Assembly: GCA_002104905.1 (NCBI GenBank)
Contig: MCFE01000456.1
Span: 1 to 64,000, forward strand
DNA length: 64,000 nucleotides
From: Basidiobolus meristosporus CBS 931.73
Taxonomy: Eukaryota; Fungi; Basidiobolomycota
Reading direction: 5' to 3'
Within the stretch, counting starts at the first letter, position 1, and every line of letters begins with the position of its first letter. The notes below the pieces were generated by a model, which saw only the letters and a program-made list of their open reading frames with translations, had not been told where the DNA came from and made no database searches. Both the position numbers and the translations under genes were made by a program. This document shows, in pieces, positions 26,278 to 39,916 of this stretch.

Positions 26278-27827
26278 TGTAAGTGTATAGATGCTGTAAC
26301 CAACTTAGAGTAGGTTGACTGGAAATCGTGCCGGTGGAAACAGTGAGTACAGAAGGTTGTTTATTGAAAACTTCCGTCTTTTTTTCGAATAGAAACCAAT
26401 ACAACTTTGGTTTGGATCCTCGAGATTTGATATTTACGATCACTGGGGAGGTTTGTAAGTTTGGTTGGCAGCCGCAACCAGTAGTTTCAATATCCATGCT
26501 AGTGACGTATTAGTCTAGGGTGATTAGCGAGATAAATGGCCATCCCATAACTCGGAGGGGCATCCTATGAAAACGAAAATTGCACCCCAAAGATATCCCG
26601 ACCCTGTCTATTCATGCCTCGAATAATAGCCGCTATTCCAAGAATACGCCAGAAGTTAATTATTTGATTAAGGGCCGATCTCGTGATTTCCCGGATTCGA
26701 AGGGTAGAACTAAGCACCAGTTCGTAACACCCAAGGTTCCGGATGGTGAATTTCTGACCATGCTTCCGGATATGCAAGCCTCAGATTGATTCAAAGTGTG
26801 GGTGGTTAACCGGCATTGAATGTAGCAAGGCGCTTTACATCCCGACCCAAACGCTATAGGGGATAGATGAAAACACCCCGTTTGGAAAAGTGGCGGTGTT
26901 AACCAGAACGATGTGTTCTGGCACGTTTTGCGACACCACAAGGTCCCCGAGTATACTACGCTGTGTTTCAGAAACTGCCATAAAGGCGTGTGTAGTCAAA
27001 CCATAATTGACTCGCACGTCTGTAAGGCAGGCGCAGGTGAATGGTAACACTATCGAATGGGCGAGGTGTTGGTAGATGTACATCGAGTAAGACCAGATTC
27101 AATAGAGGGTTTTATTCGAATTCGATATCTTAAAAGATTGTCAAACACCACTCGAGTCAGTACCATCAAGTTGGCAGGATTACTATACCTTTTTTTCATC
27201 TGATCCTGCCAAAGTAGGAATGAGGCAGACACATAGCTGTTCAGTTGACCCGCCTGCAAATATTTCCCGCACTCTGATACTGCGTGTACGGGGAATTCAA
27301 GTTACTGATAGCACAATGAATATTGCTCGGCTGCGCGACCTGTCCACGTAGGCCTTGAAGTCTGCAGACGGTAGGGCATCGGTAGGTTGTTAGCAGTAAC
27401 CGGAAATAAGCAGCAGCAGTTAGGGAGATTCTGAAGGCTTGAACCAGGCCCATTGGCCCGAACTATCCGAGTTTCTTATTTGAGACATGTAGGCCGCATA
27501 GCAAGTTCTAGCTATTCCAATTCCAGTGCCCCGAACAATACACAGCCAAGATCTCAAACCCTAATGAACTCTGATGCTAATAAGGTTATCGGCCATGGCA
27601 CTATTTTCCCACGTTAAAGATCCATCCCTCTGGATTTGCAAACAACTGGACGCAACCTGTATGTCTTACCTAACTAAAATTCAAAATCCTTATCCGACTA
27701 CTCTGTGCGCCCAACGAGTAAATCGGTGAGAATATTTGCTATCCGAAGTCTGAGTCATGCCAACTTTGCTGGTCTCTATAAAAATACACAACACCGTTGC
27801 TGGAATCGTTACCAGGTCATTCTATTG

Positions 27828-29632
27828 ATGAGTACTCCGGAGAAAGCCGATGCTGATATTTACCAAGTTGATGGGGTGAATGTTACTATCAACCTTGATG
27901 AACCCCGCGTTGCCCACTAACATTTACTGGTTTCCCAGGAGGTTGACCAACTTACTGAGCGTGAGAAGGAGCTTCTTCGTCTAGAGAAGGAGCTCAACGC
28001 CAAACTGGATAAAGAGCTGATCGACAACCCCGATAAGGTTCCCAAGGCTGTCTGGTTCATCATCCCCAACGAGTTCTGCGAGCGTTTCTGTTTCTACGGG
28101 ATTAAGCCTATGCTTACGCTCTACTATCAAAATGCCGCAGGACTCGACCCCGTTGACACCAAAGTACAGGTTCATTCGTTTACAATGATGGCATATTTCT
28201 TCCCCCTTCTAGGTAAGTATTCGCCGCAATTTATCTGGCGGTCCATTCTAACCTAGTGCGATAGGTGCCGCCATATCTGACAGTTGGCTGGCTAAATACG
28301 AGACCATCATCTATTTGTCTGTGATATATTTGCTTGGTACAATCCTTCTTGCCGTATTCTCAATCAACGGCTTGATTGGGCAATATGGCCAGTTGCCCAC
28401 ATGGGCAATTACCTTGCCATTGGTTTTGATTGCTCTTGGAACCGGTGGAATTAAGCCATGTGTTTCTTCTCACGGTGGAGACCAGTATCTTCCTCACCAG
28501 AAGAAAGGATTAGACTGGTTCTTCGCGTTGTTTTACGTCTCCATAAATGTTGGCTCCTTGATCACCAAGAACGTAACCCCAATCATCAAGAATAACATCA
28601 CTTGGTATGAATGGATTGTTTTCATCGTATGGTTTCCTCTCTAATTCCAATTTCCTTAGCTTCGGCACTGAGTGCTATTTCGCGGCGTATGGACTTCAGT
28701 CTATTCTGTTTGGTGTTTCCATAGTAATCTTCATCTGCGGTAAGAAGTACTATCGTATCGTTCCAGCCCTAGGGGAGTTCTTGCCTTGGAAGGCGCTAAA
28801 GGGGTCAATCTATGCTGCGAAGAGGTATTACAAAGCCAAGCCCGAGGAGCGTGTACGCCGTGGTAGCTGGTTGAATTTTGCTGAAGAGACCGTTGGCGCC
28901 TTATTTGTAACTGAGATCCGACTTTTTGGTCGTGTGCTTGGAATGATATGGCCTGTCCTCTTCTTCTGGATGGTTTATGATCAACAGAGCACCCAGTGGC
29001 AGCAACAATACCAGTACATGAACAAGAAGTTCGGTTCTTTGACGTTGGCCCCTGAACAATCATCCATCTACAACACCATCTTCATCATTCTCTTTGTTCC
29101 TTTTTGCGCTCGAGTCGTTTACCCCACTGCCGAGAAGCTGGGCTTCCGCTTCACCCTGCTCCGCCGAATGGCAATTGGCTTCTTTTTGGTAGTGCTCAGC
29201 TTCGCTATCTCAGGCATCCTTCAAATATTCGTGGATTCTCATTTTGATGGTAAAACTGTTGGTAAGAACATTGTGGCCGGGCCCAACTCACTTCATGGCG
29301 CTTGGCAGATTCCCCAATGGATCGTCCTCTCATTTGGAGAAGCCATGCTTTCACCCTCTGGTCTTCAGTTCACTTACACTGAAATCGGGCGTCAGATGAG
29401 ATCCACCAGTGCGTCATTCTGGCTGGTCACCACATCAATCGGTAACCTGGTGGTGACAGTGGTTGAAAGTGGTTTGAAGGGAACCTCCGTCCAGGGTCCT
29501 GCGAAATATTTCTTCTATACCGGCCTCGGACTTTTCGGCAACTTGATCTTCATCTTCCTTGCTAGACGTTATACGTACAAGGAGGATAGGGAGAAGAGTG
29601 ACTTGGAGAAAGTAACCGAGCCAAAGGAGTGA
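27828..29632 (+). CDS. PTR2: POT/PTR2 family di/tripeptide transporter, multi-exon
   Basis: IPNEFCERFCFYG (ExxER motif); LGAAISDSWLAKYETI; GTGGIKPCVSSHGGDQ; FYVSINVGSL; GLQFTYTE. Three introns; stop TGA at 29630-29632. Confidence 0.95.
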
Positions 29633-32282
29633 TGTTCTTAAAGTCATCCTACATCCTATCCAAATGCCCAACCAATTCCCATTGTGTAATCAAGCACTGT
29701 ACTTTGCTAATTAATAGCTTGAAGATATTTCACCCATCATAATCATATAATTAAACCCTTTTGTGAATCAATGGGATTACTGCTGGCATCGGCCACCTTA
29801 CCAGTAGAGTCATTCCATTTTTGGTTGGGGCATCTGCTGGTGATGGTGCAGAACCAAGTGCCTTCGCCAGCCAGAGATAGAAATGCCATTGCAAACTCAC
29901 AATAGAGTCTTGGTGGGATGTAAATATAAACATACAAACTAATGACCAGTGCAGAGGATTGGCATATATGCAAGGGTTCAGGTGTTCAAGAGCTGACGCA
30001 TGCACAATCCCTGGTAACCAAATTCTTTCCCGGATTTCTATGCAACATAGCAACGGGCAATACACACATCTGGCTGGATCCGTAATGACTAATTGCACCC
30101 TGTGGCATACAGTCACCATTTACATCTAATGTCCAGTGTCTGAAAAATCCCTTGGTCCCAGTCCTATGGCTCAAGAATCAAGGGGTGTACGTCGATTTCA
30201 AGTATGTATGGCGTCACTTAGAGTGGTACCACCTAGCACACCGACACCAACCTCCTTCCCCTCGAAGCAGAAGAATGCCTCCGCAGTAGTGGTAGCTCAT
30301 ATATAGATAATCCATTTGATCACGCAGATTAATCCTTATTGCCACGGGGAAGTGCGAGGTGGTGACACAAACCGCCCAAAAATCTCCGTTTCAAAAACAT
30401 CCCAAAAAATGGCCTGTTGGTTTGGTGCTGTTCTGTACAGTATGGTGAGAGCAGCTCGTCCTGTGACGTAGATTCCCAACCACCCAACACACACCGTATC
30501 CCACGAATCCCATCTCACCCATCAGCGATTGATAGCATTGATGATAAAGTGACAAGGATCATCACGGATAGATGTACCATTAGATATGTAATTCACCACA
30601 ATGAAACAGCCAGCAAATCCAGACCAATTTCTTCCTCCCACCCCTTCGCACTTCATCGTCGAGTGGCCGCTCGGTCGCAAGCCATGTATTTGTGGTATGA
30701 TGGTGTTGGATCCGGAAAGCCTGTGGCCAGCTTGATTATATGGAATCCCCAGAGCCCGCCGGAAGCCAATGGCACCAGGTGGCTTAGTTGATGGGACGAG
30801 AGGTGGCGGTTGAATCTGATTCAAACAGATCAATGGCCGCCAGTCTCGAATTCCAGCGGCGAAGAATAATGGGAGTGAACCTGTTCCATATAGGAGATTT
30901 AAATATATGGGTAAATAGCGCCCAGGATGCCGCCCAACTCTATTTCAAATACTTCCAACACAGCTGACATATCGAGGCATAACCTGCTTTGGTAGCTGAT
31001 CTGGGTGTCCTTTCAATGAGATTCAGAAGTGCGGATTGGAGGGTGAGCAGCCAGGCCAGCAACTGGCCTTTTGATGAAGCGCGTGCGGTGCTCTGCGGCA
31101 AAGGGTGAGGGAAAAGGCACGAGAGATTTGCTTAGGTGCGGAGTCCATGGGCTTCACCGATATGGCATGCTTTCTGGTGGAGGTGCGGCATTGATTCTTG
31201 GTGGATAGCAGAACCACCGCCCCCTGAATTACTCACTCATGGTTGGCATTTTTGGGGAAATATTCGCTGCATCACAAATTACCATTCCGCTACCTGCTGG
31301 AAGGCTACTAATATATGATCTGCATCCCAATCTTTCTGGTAGCCAATGCTTATTCGGGCGTTGTTTAGGGATACTAACACCACTGATCAAAAGAGGATTA
31401 AGATTGGACGGTTTTGTGCATGGGTACCAGATACATTGGTAAAGCTAGAATTCTCCGGCCACTCTAGCCATATCAGACACTGGGCTCTTTAATTTCGTAC
31501 AGCTACGAAACCTTGGGATATGGAGGCTTACATGCGGAGCCCAGGGTAAGCGATTTCCCCGAACACCGGAAGCATAGGCCGCGATACAGCCACCAACGGC
31601 TGACGTTGTAGCTGCTGACGATCCATTCCCCAGATGCGAAGGTGGCCAGTTGAAGTCACTCGCCATGTTGATCCCCTATTTCCGTAGAGGATTTCCTGTC
31701 CACCCCTTCCATATTTGGCAAACTGGAGACTGTCTCACTCATGTAGTTGCCCTCCCCATTGTAGCACTCCACATGACGCAGAAACCTGCCTGCGACCGGG
31801 GCCGAATGCTGGTGTTGCAACGAATTGTGATTCAAAGGCCCAAATAAGTGAGCGCACATATAAAAAAGAGGTAGAACCCGATTTCTGAGGAGCCTAGGGT
31901 GTCGGTGTGCGAGACAGTTAAGGACCAAACCTGATGCTCCCCCGATTTGGCACTGAGTGGTTCCAAAAGGCTCGGCCAATGCCTAGAGTGGAGTGATAAT
32001 TCCTAATCCCTAGTTTGCGAGTCTTCATAAGAATCCCTAGCCCCTGGCTGGATAATGATTCGGAGGATTTTCTGGAGTGGAATGAGCTCAGATAGGTACA
32101 GGCCAACCAGGCCGCTGCAAAACAGTTAAAACGGGCAAGTAACAGGCAAATTGGAAATCCAAACAGGTTTACCAATTCCATTTCTCTTCGCCTTGCGTTT
32201 TCGAATCGACCAGCTAGGCTATATTGATCCCGGATTAGAGGCAATCATCGCTCTGTTGTAGTTTAGCTCAAGGCTCGCTGCC

Positions 32283-32612
32283 ATGCACGGCTTGGGTAAA
32301 GGTAAGGGAAGCCCCAAAAAGCGCCCGGTCAGAGTGGACACAATAAAAGGCATCGGCGACATGTCTCTTCGCAAATTGGCCAGGCGAGGTGGGGTGAAGA
32401 GAATATCCAAACCGATCTATCCGCATATCCGCGAGACGATAGTGGAATTCCTCAACGACCTGATCCGTGACACGGTTTCCTACACACAGTACGCACACAG
32501 ATCCATCGTCACTTCCAGCGATGTATGCTACGCTATGAAGAGACGAGGCCACACATTGTACGGGTTTAATCAGACTCAGGATAGGGTTGTTGCCAATGAC
32601 AAGTATTTTTGA
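32283..32612 (+). CDS. Divergent histone H4-like protein (H4 variant), 109 aa, intronless
   Basis: GLGKG, LARRGGVKRIS, FL...IRD.V.YT, DV.YA.KR.G.TLYGF. I count 43/77 identities to canonical H4 residues 24-100. Confidence 0.85.
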   Translation: MHGLGKGKGSPKKRPVRVDTIKGIGDMSLRKLARRGGVKRISKPIYPHIRETIVEFLNDLIRDTVSYTQYAHRSIVTSSDVCYAMKRRGHTLYGFNQTQDRVVANDKYF

Positions 32613-33659
32613 AAGGCTTGCAGGTGAGTGGGTAAGCCCTCTAATAAATTCGCAAGCCCAACAGATAAAGCTAAATGAAATGCATTCAATTATAAAGTGC
32701 CATGGTGGCAGGTTCAAATCGAATAACCTCTGCACAATTAGGTGAATACATTATCGAGCACTCTAGGATTTGCTTTCATTGGGTTACAGCCAAACGTATG
32801 CAGTCATGATGGTGAACAGCCAGCTCAGTTGACCAGGAAACAGCAAGAATCGCGTAGCCTATGCCCTTAAGTTAGTGGCTATCTAACCTCACCTTGCGGA
32901 CACAACAACCCTTGCCCTCAAATCTCCATTGCTTCTTGAACCCAATGCTACTGAGAAATAAGTAAATAAAAGAGACCTGCTTTGTTGCTTACACAACGTT
33001 CAACCCGTGATTCCACAGCGTGGTGTCTGGGTGGTATCCAGGGCACTAGCTCCGTATCCCAACTGGCTGCTGCACATTGGTCGCGGATGTACTATAGATG
33101 TATACATTCACCCCAGCAGGCCCAATCACTCCACATCGATATATTACATCGATAAGCCAATTCGGATCGATTACAAGGCAGGCATTCCATCCACTCCTAG
33201 ATTCAAGTATTTTCCTAAACCAGTCACTCTATACGGCATTGATCCGATGGGAGAGCAACTCGGTGCTGAGTATGGAGCGCCGGTCCATGGGAAGATCGTA
33301 CAATAAGTGACTTTCAGTTTATTCAAAGTGCAGCAAGTGAGCTAGGTGAGCATAACATCGGTCCGTTCTGAAGGAATAATGAATCCCGAGAAGCCTACAT
33401 TTTTGAATGGCTCTGCCAGATAACGAATGTACAAAAAGTTGTCAAGAAAACTCAACTGATCTCCTCTCGTTGGAGAGCAGGGAACGTAACGATATCATAG
33501 GTGATGAGCGTGTGCTGAAGGATGGGTCGGTTCGTTCAAAGAACTCCTCGCAGCCTTCTCGACGCTGGATCATCAAGCTGCCCAGAATTCATACAAGAAG
33601 AATAAATACATTTTGACTTGAAAGTGACCATTAACCCTTCAGAAGAATATGCCGCTCTA

Positions 33660-34127
33660 CTAAACCCCAGATGAGCCGGAAGGGGTCCTGTTGGGGCTGC
33701 AGGATATCTGGCTAGATGGGGTGGAGAGAGGAGAGTTTTCGGGGTTTCTTTTGATCTCACTATCTCTGGAGGGATACGTAAAGGGAGCTGAGGCACGAAC
33801 CCTCATGGAACGCACGATGCGAGGCCGATGGCAACGATTGCAGCCCATGTCGGGGGTTTTGGTTGTCCATAGACGTGTGGAGCTGCTGCTGAGTAGCAGC
33901 TCAGATGCAAGCTTTCTTCTCATTGCTTCGCTCCAGTTGGCAGTAGTAAGTTGGAATAGAGTACGACAACGGTTTTCTGGCCAGCCAGCAGCAATCCATT
34001 GCATCACATTTGCTAGCTGGCGAAGCTCATACTCATTGACCATGGAGCGGAGCCTTAGGGCAATGCAGTGGACATTCCGATCGTTGCGAATCCACTCGTG
34101 AAAATTGGTGTTGAATAGCGAATCCAT
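33660..34127 (-). CDS. Hypothetical protein (155 aa; helical N-terminal half with W-rich motif, Ser/Pro/Arg-rich tail)
   Basis: ATG in gccATGg context, CpG-rich and intronless. No function recognised. Confidence 0.5.
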   Translation of the reverse strand: MDSLFNTNFHEWIRNDRNVHCIALRLRSMVNEYELRQLANVMQWIAAGWPENRCRTLFQLTTANWSEAMRRKLASELLLSSSSTRLWTTKTPDMGCNRCHRPRIVRSMRVRASAPFTYPSRDSEIKRNPENSPLSTPSSQISCSPNRTPSGSSGV

Positions 34128-36565
34128 GGCACGGATATTCGCTTCAATATTCCCTTGGCATCTTGCAGCTATACAAAAGTTCGTTTAACAAAAGATATGC
34201 TGGAACATCGAGACAAAGGTCGTACCTATTAGGCTAGTGAACGAGGAGGACTGCTTTTGTGACAATTCATGCTTCCTTGTGGGGTTGTTGTTTGTGAGGA
34301 TGGTATTGTCGCTACTAGGTAACGGTATCGTGGTGTCTGTGGAGTACATAGTCCAAAGGAAAGAAATGAGAAGAAATTGAAATGATGAGCTCCCATCCAC
34401 CGGCGACTGCTTCTTATTATATAACCACCGTTGCCCAGGGAGGATTCGGAATCATTCAAACAATGCCGGAATATTTGATCTGGTAGTAAATGTCCAAATT
34501 AAAATGGAGGAGGAACCCATTACTGTAGCAACGAGCTGTTAAAGCAATCTGACCATTAAAAAAATCAAACCTTGGAGTTTCCTGATTCGTAGCAAAGTGA
34601 CCCTTTGTTCTGGAATGATTAGTAGGCTTTTCTCATTTAACGCTGGTTATTGCCGGTTGGAGATACCCTGACAAGTTTCAATGGATCTTGATTCTAAATT
34701 ATGTTATAGGAGCGTATCAGCTCCAAAATCATCCCAAACGCCCGCTACAATACAAAATACAACTGATCCCTGGTCAGAGAAATATTCTGCGAAAATGAAA
34801 CACCAAAAGAATCCGCCATTCAGAGGACTCTTAAAATACAGTGAATCATACTCATTTATACATTATACCCAATCCTCACGCATTTTCCCAGCCAAACTCA
34901 ATAGTAATGTAACACATAAGAGCAATGTCATTCAAACGCTATTTCATCAATGCTATATTTGTATGAATGGTGAATGGTCAACGGTGAATGGTGAGGAGGA
35001 CAATTGGCCGATTTGCTACGCCGAGTCCCTCAGCACAATACAACCCACCCACGCGGGTCTCCTAGGCCTCTCATCCTGCAGCACCACTATCAACGCGGAG
35101 GACGACGACCGTGCAACGGTGCTCTGCCCCAATTAGTAGAGGTGCTCAGACGCAGCAGCACTGATGAAGCAGTCCGGCTTGAGATATGTATAGCCTCCTT
35201 GCAAATATAGGGCTCGCTTCAAGATCGTATCTCCGAGCTTACTGCCCGGCTCCATCTCCCTTGGCTCGACATCCTTACCGTCCAATTCAATTAGCTGTAC
35301 TCAATCAAATTTAAGTTGCAGCAAGTTTTGGCCTTTTTTGAACAGGGATTGAGGTTGTTCCCACTATATGTGTGGCTCGCCAGAGATAATTGGGTGTACA
35401 GATAATCAGTGCTCCATTGTCTCCGTATACTGATCCTGGCTCACTATACGACATCGACCATGTTTCTCTGGATAATCCACTTGATATCATTCGGCTCTCA
35501 CGTAGGCAGGTGTCCCCAAAGGTAAGTTACGGAGTTTGTTTTGATACATAGATGGTTAAATTGCCTCTATCGAGTATATCCTTGGCTCTTCACATCGAGG
35601 AGTTACTATGCTTCAATGTAATTCACTGATCGTGTTCGGCCCCAGTGGTCCAACATGTGTAGCTAAAGATGAGTCGCAAAGCTAATGTGCTCTTCCTAGA
35701 TGGCCAATGTTGGACCTTTTGCGTGAGAAAAGGGGGAAGCCCCCAGCATCATGGTACGAATAGGCTCAATCCGCCGAATGAGATCAAATATAGGAGCCAA
35801 GGGCAGCTGTGACGATGCTTTCACCTCTTGACTAGGCTGCACAAGTATTAGCTGGGCCTTAGCATCAGCTACTACATCACTTTGGGTGGAAGGAGATCAC
35901 CTACCATGCCTGGATGAGGATTTAAGGTAGTATGCACCATGAGCTTACATGACGTACATATCTGGAACGCAACAGTGTGGTCTGTCTTTGGTCTAGGAAG
36001 GGATGCCGTATTAGGAATACAGTTTTGATTGTCAAGGGTCGAGTGTCAGGCAAAGCAGGGCGAATGCCTATGCAATCAATGGGGTGCATCTACTTGCTAT
36101 GACTCGACCCTCCAGTCACTTAGGGTTTGGCTAGGGCGGCCTCCTATCTGCGATGTAAGTGCCAACGGCCACATCGAGGGAGTAAGCTCATGTCCACATA
36201 CGTACTATATGGTGCTACATTATAGAAAAATGCATCTAAGCAACTCTGTATTAGCAGGTGTTCAGGAATCTCAGTTTTCGAAGTGGCTTCTGTTGAATCG
36301 GAAACAAAAGAATCTCCAAAACACAAACATCTGAGATATATGTAGTTACCCCATAGTCCTGAAACCGTTAGATGGCTATGCCAAGGAGTGTAGGCAACAA
36401 TTCATCGACTCCAATATGTCAGGTATCAAGCCTGGAACCGGGCGTATGCTAACCGTACGAATTTTGCAACAACACAGACCGGATGCCTCCAGTAAGACAA
36501 CCCAATACACTCTACAAATGGGTACCACTGTAGGCTTGGGACCCACGGACGGGAGGGGAAGCTGG

Positions 36566-36736
36566 TGTACCGAAATGCTGTAGTGCTTTCAATGCAGCCA
36601 GCCTGGATTTGTAGGAATCTCCAATATCCCAGAATTGACTAATACTGGATAGAGATCCTGAAAAGAAGGCCGATCTGGTTTCCTAGGATTCTGAATCCAG
36701 CTGTTCCAATTTCCACCCAGAGCGAACACTGTTACA
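36566..36736. mobile_element. Candidate short solo LTR (TGTA...TTACA, 171 bp)
   Basis: TG...CA termini; flanks GCTGG/CCTGG are a 4/5 TSD match. No second copy seen. Confidence 0.3.
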
Positions 36737-38653
36737 CCTGGGTTTTGCACCAGGCTAGCCACTTGATGATGTTTAAACCATGGAGTTGTGTGTGGGCCTT
36801 CTGCTCATGAGGTGACTTCTCTTAAAGCTCAGTGCCCACCCGTTCATCTCATCAATCAGTTGGCCGATGCTTCGCACTCCGTCCGTAATTACGGCGAATT
36901 GGGTAGTGCTTCCGTATTAGATAAATGAGCTGTGGTAGTATTAAGATTCATGGATATATAGCATTTATTGATATGCATGTCATATTGCCCTGAAGGCTTT
37001 CCTGGTAAGAAGGTTATTTTCAAGTTCCGCTTTTGGCAAAACCTCCCCATTCGTATTTCAGCCATTGGCAGCAAGCCCGGATTTTCCTACGTCTGATTGG
37101 AACATCCGTGGAAGCAGTTTGGCATGGGCTTCCTTCCAATCTTACTTCGGGGCATGGAGGGTGCAGGGAAGTCTGCACATATCTGACCTAGAACTAGGTT
37201 TGACCTAGCAAGTATACAACTGGCTTTCTCTATGTCCCACTCAAGTATTACCTATGGCAATGAACCCAAAACGATATTCCAGTCCCAGTAACGAGCAAAC
37301 TTATTGTGTAGCGCTGTATCTGATATGCCGATGATAGTGAATTAATCCATATGTATCCTTGGCATTTGATAAGGCAATAGGAGAAGCTCTTGGCCAAGCC
37401 TATCATATGCTGTCTGATACGGCAAACTGGTCAAACCACCACTTTTAATACATCGGATATTTAAAATGATTTAAGTATAAGGCTGATGCATATTGTGCCC
37501 AAAACCATTTAATGGTAAAGCTACTCCAATATGCTCCTAGAATGCAACAACAGACCTAAGCAGTAGTGCAGTGATCCCCAATGGGAAGGGATATAAGGTG
37601 GCTCGAATGCCATATCGGCTAATTGGGAAGGGATTAGGAGGCAATTTCGTAATACAACATGTTCAATCTACTCACCGCTCCCAAAAAGGTTGGTAATGCT
37701 GCAATGTCTATAAAGTATCGTAGGATTCGCTCCACCCTTTAATGTACGCAACTCTCCTATTGGCAAGCCGTAGTGGTCTGTTGCTTCAGAAATCGGTTGC
37801 CATGTATGGAATCAGGTGGTTTTCAATATTGCCTAAAAACGGACCTCGCTTGGAGCAGTGGTGGTAATTCTCCGTCACACTCAATAAATATTACCACAGC
37901 ATACATCTTGTACCTCTGGCCAACGCCAAGAGCTTTGTTGGGGAGTGTCAACTGCCAGAGCTATTTTAATGTTGCGAAGCCAGTACGACAAACAAGGATT
38001 CTGGAGGCATGTCTGGGATGTTACTAAATCGGTGGGATTACATAACCCTCAGAAGAATCCCTGCTCTTACTTCCGATTGCTTGAGAAATTAGCATTAAGG
38101 TCCCAGATCCAACCCATAGCGCTTGCTCCCCTTCCACCCCGCTCAGGAAAGTCAATGAGGTCAGGTCCATGAATGTATGGGTACCAAATGCCACTAGCAG
38201 AGCGGTATACATGTGTGCACTATGCAAACATTTCGATTGTAGTCTACACAGCGATGAAGGCCCTGCGAGTTTCCTCAAAATGCGGTCTATCACATATCAT
38301 AAGCCTCGCCTTGCAACCACTTGGACCTCCAGGATTGCCCGAATACATTTGCAGCCCTGGTGTTGGGGTGCTACTGATGGCCTACTGTACATGGCACGAG
38401 AATCACAAGGCTGATTAGGTAGGATTGGGACGAAGCAATGCACCTTTCATCGAACCATAATCTTGCTAGCGCTCTGAAGTATTCAATTTTTCAATGGACC
38501 AACCACTCTAAAAATGCTGATCTCAAAGCCAGCGATCCAAGATCAACGGCTCCCTTACCACATGAATCACTCGAAATATCAAATTTTGATGGGCGATTTC
38601 GATGCATAAAGCACACCCAGTGGTGCTACGGCCTGGTAGATACGGCAGTAAAC

Positions 38654-39916
38654 ATGTCCACAGTATCCTTACTTTCGATCGTTGAGAGCTGCGACAAAGT
38701 ACCCTACAATGAAACTGAGTATTTTTCTCAGCAGAAAATTGCTCGCTTTTTGGTCAATGAGGTGACGATCGGCTATGTGGATGAGGTCGCTTTGTTAGAG
38801 ATGGAAAAGTATATCGCTACAGTTTGTGAAAGATCTTTCCGGGTTAGCAAGCAATTCGTAACTTTCCACCCTGAAGTAAAGACGTTCGAAGCGCGTTCGG
38901 AGGTGATTATGGATCTGCTGAAGTATTGGAAGGAAAAGGGGGTTTTCTCCTGTTTGACTGGTATTGCTCAGTCCCCTCGTTTTTCAGGTAATTATTCTTA
39001 AATGGCCCTGTTATTTTATCGACAGGTTGGAGGAATGAATTCTATCCAGTGTACGGCGATTCCAAGCAGCCGGGTAACATTGCTTTCCGTGTTGAGCGTG
39101 CGGGGGCCTCAATTTTTGGCTTCCGTACCTTCGGCGCTCATCTTAATGGCTATGTACGTACCGAGACTGGTTTGAAAATGTGGATAGGCCGCAGAAGCTT
39201 GAAAAAACCTACCTGGCCGGGTCTCTTGGATAACATAGTAAGTTCGGGGGGGGGATTCGGCTCGGCCATTCGACTCTACTAAACTTCATATGATATCAGG
39301 TAGCTGGCGGAGTTAGCTACGGTCAAAGCCCGGACGAAACTATTGTTAGAGAGTGTGATGAGGAGGCAAATATACCCTCGGACATCACCGTCAACGTAAT
39401 CACGTCTATGTTGCATTCCTAGTGGTGTCTTCAGTCACTAAGCACTGTTTGTTATGCATCCATTTAGATAAAAGCCGCAGGCGCTATTACCTACTTCGAT
39501 CTAACCGAACGTGGATTGGCACCCGAAACGCAGTAAGTATAGCGTGCTGTTTTCCTTGTTTGTTCACGAAAAGTAATCTCAACTGTCTGAAGATACGTTT
39601 ACGACCTGGAGTTGCCCCAGGATTTCGTCCCGAAACCTAACGATGGTGAGGTGGACTGCTTCTACCTATGGGATTTGGCAGAGGTAACCCGCTACGATGT
39701 CCACTATCATTCCCACTCCACAAGTAATCATACTTATGTGCGCGGTAGGTGCGTCAACACATCGGGGCGGGTGAGTTCAAGCCCAATTGTGCTTTGGTGA
39801 TCATTGACTTTATGATCCGGCATGGACATATAACCAGTTCCGACGAGCCGGATTTCCTGGAAATCCTCGACCGAATCCATCGTCGTTTCGAGCTCCCTGG
39901 CCCCAAGGGATGCTAA
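38654..39916 (+). CDS. Nudix hydrolase of the YJR142W / thiamine-pyrophosphokinase-related type (DUF4743 + NUDIX), multi-exon
   Basis: Spliced CLT-GWRNEFYPVY; RVERAGASIFGFRTFGAHLNGY; MWIGRRSLKKPTWPGLLDNI-VAGG; RECDEEA (Nudix box); YVYDLELPQDFVPKPNDGEVDCF; FKPNCALVIIDFMIRHG. Confidence 0.92.

Noticed and set aside
34960-35300. ARM-repeat-like peptide NGALPQLVEVLRRSS
   Set aside because: A single short resemblance flanked by stops; insufficient support.
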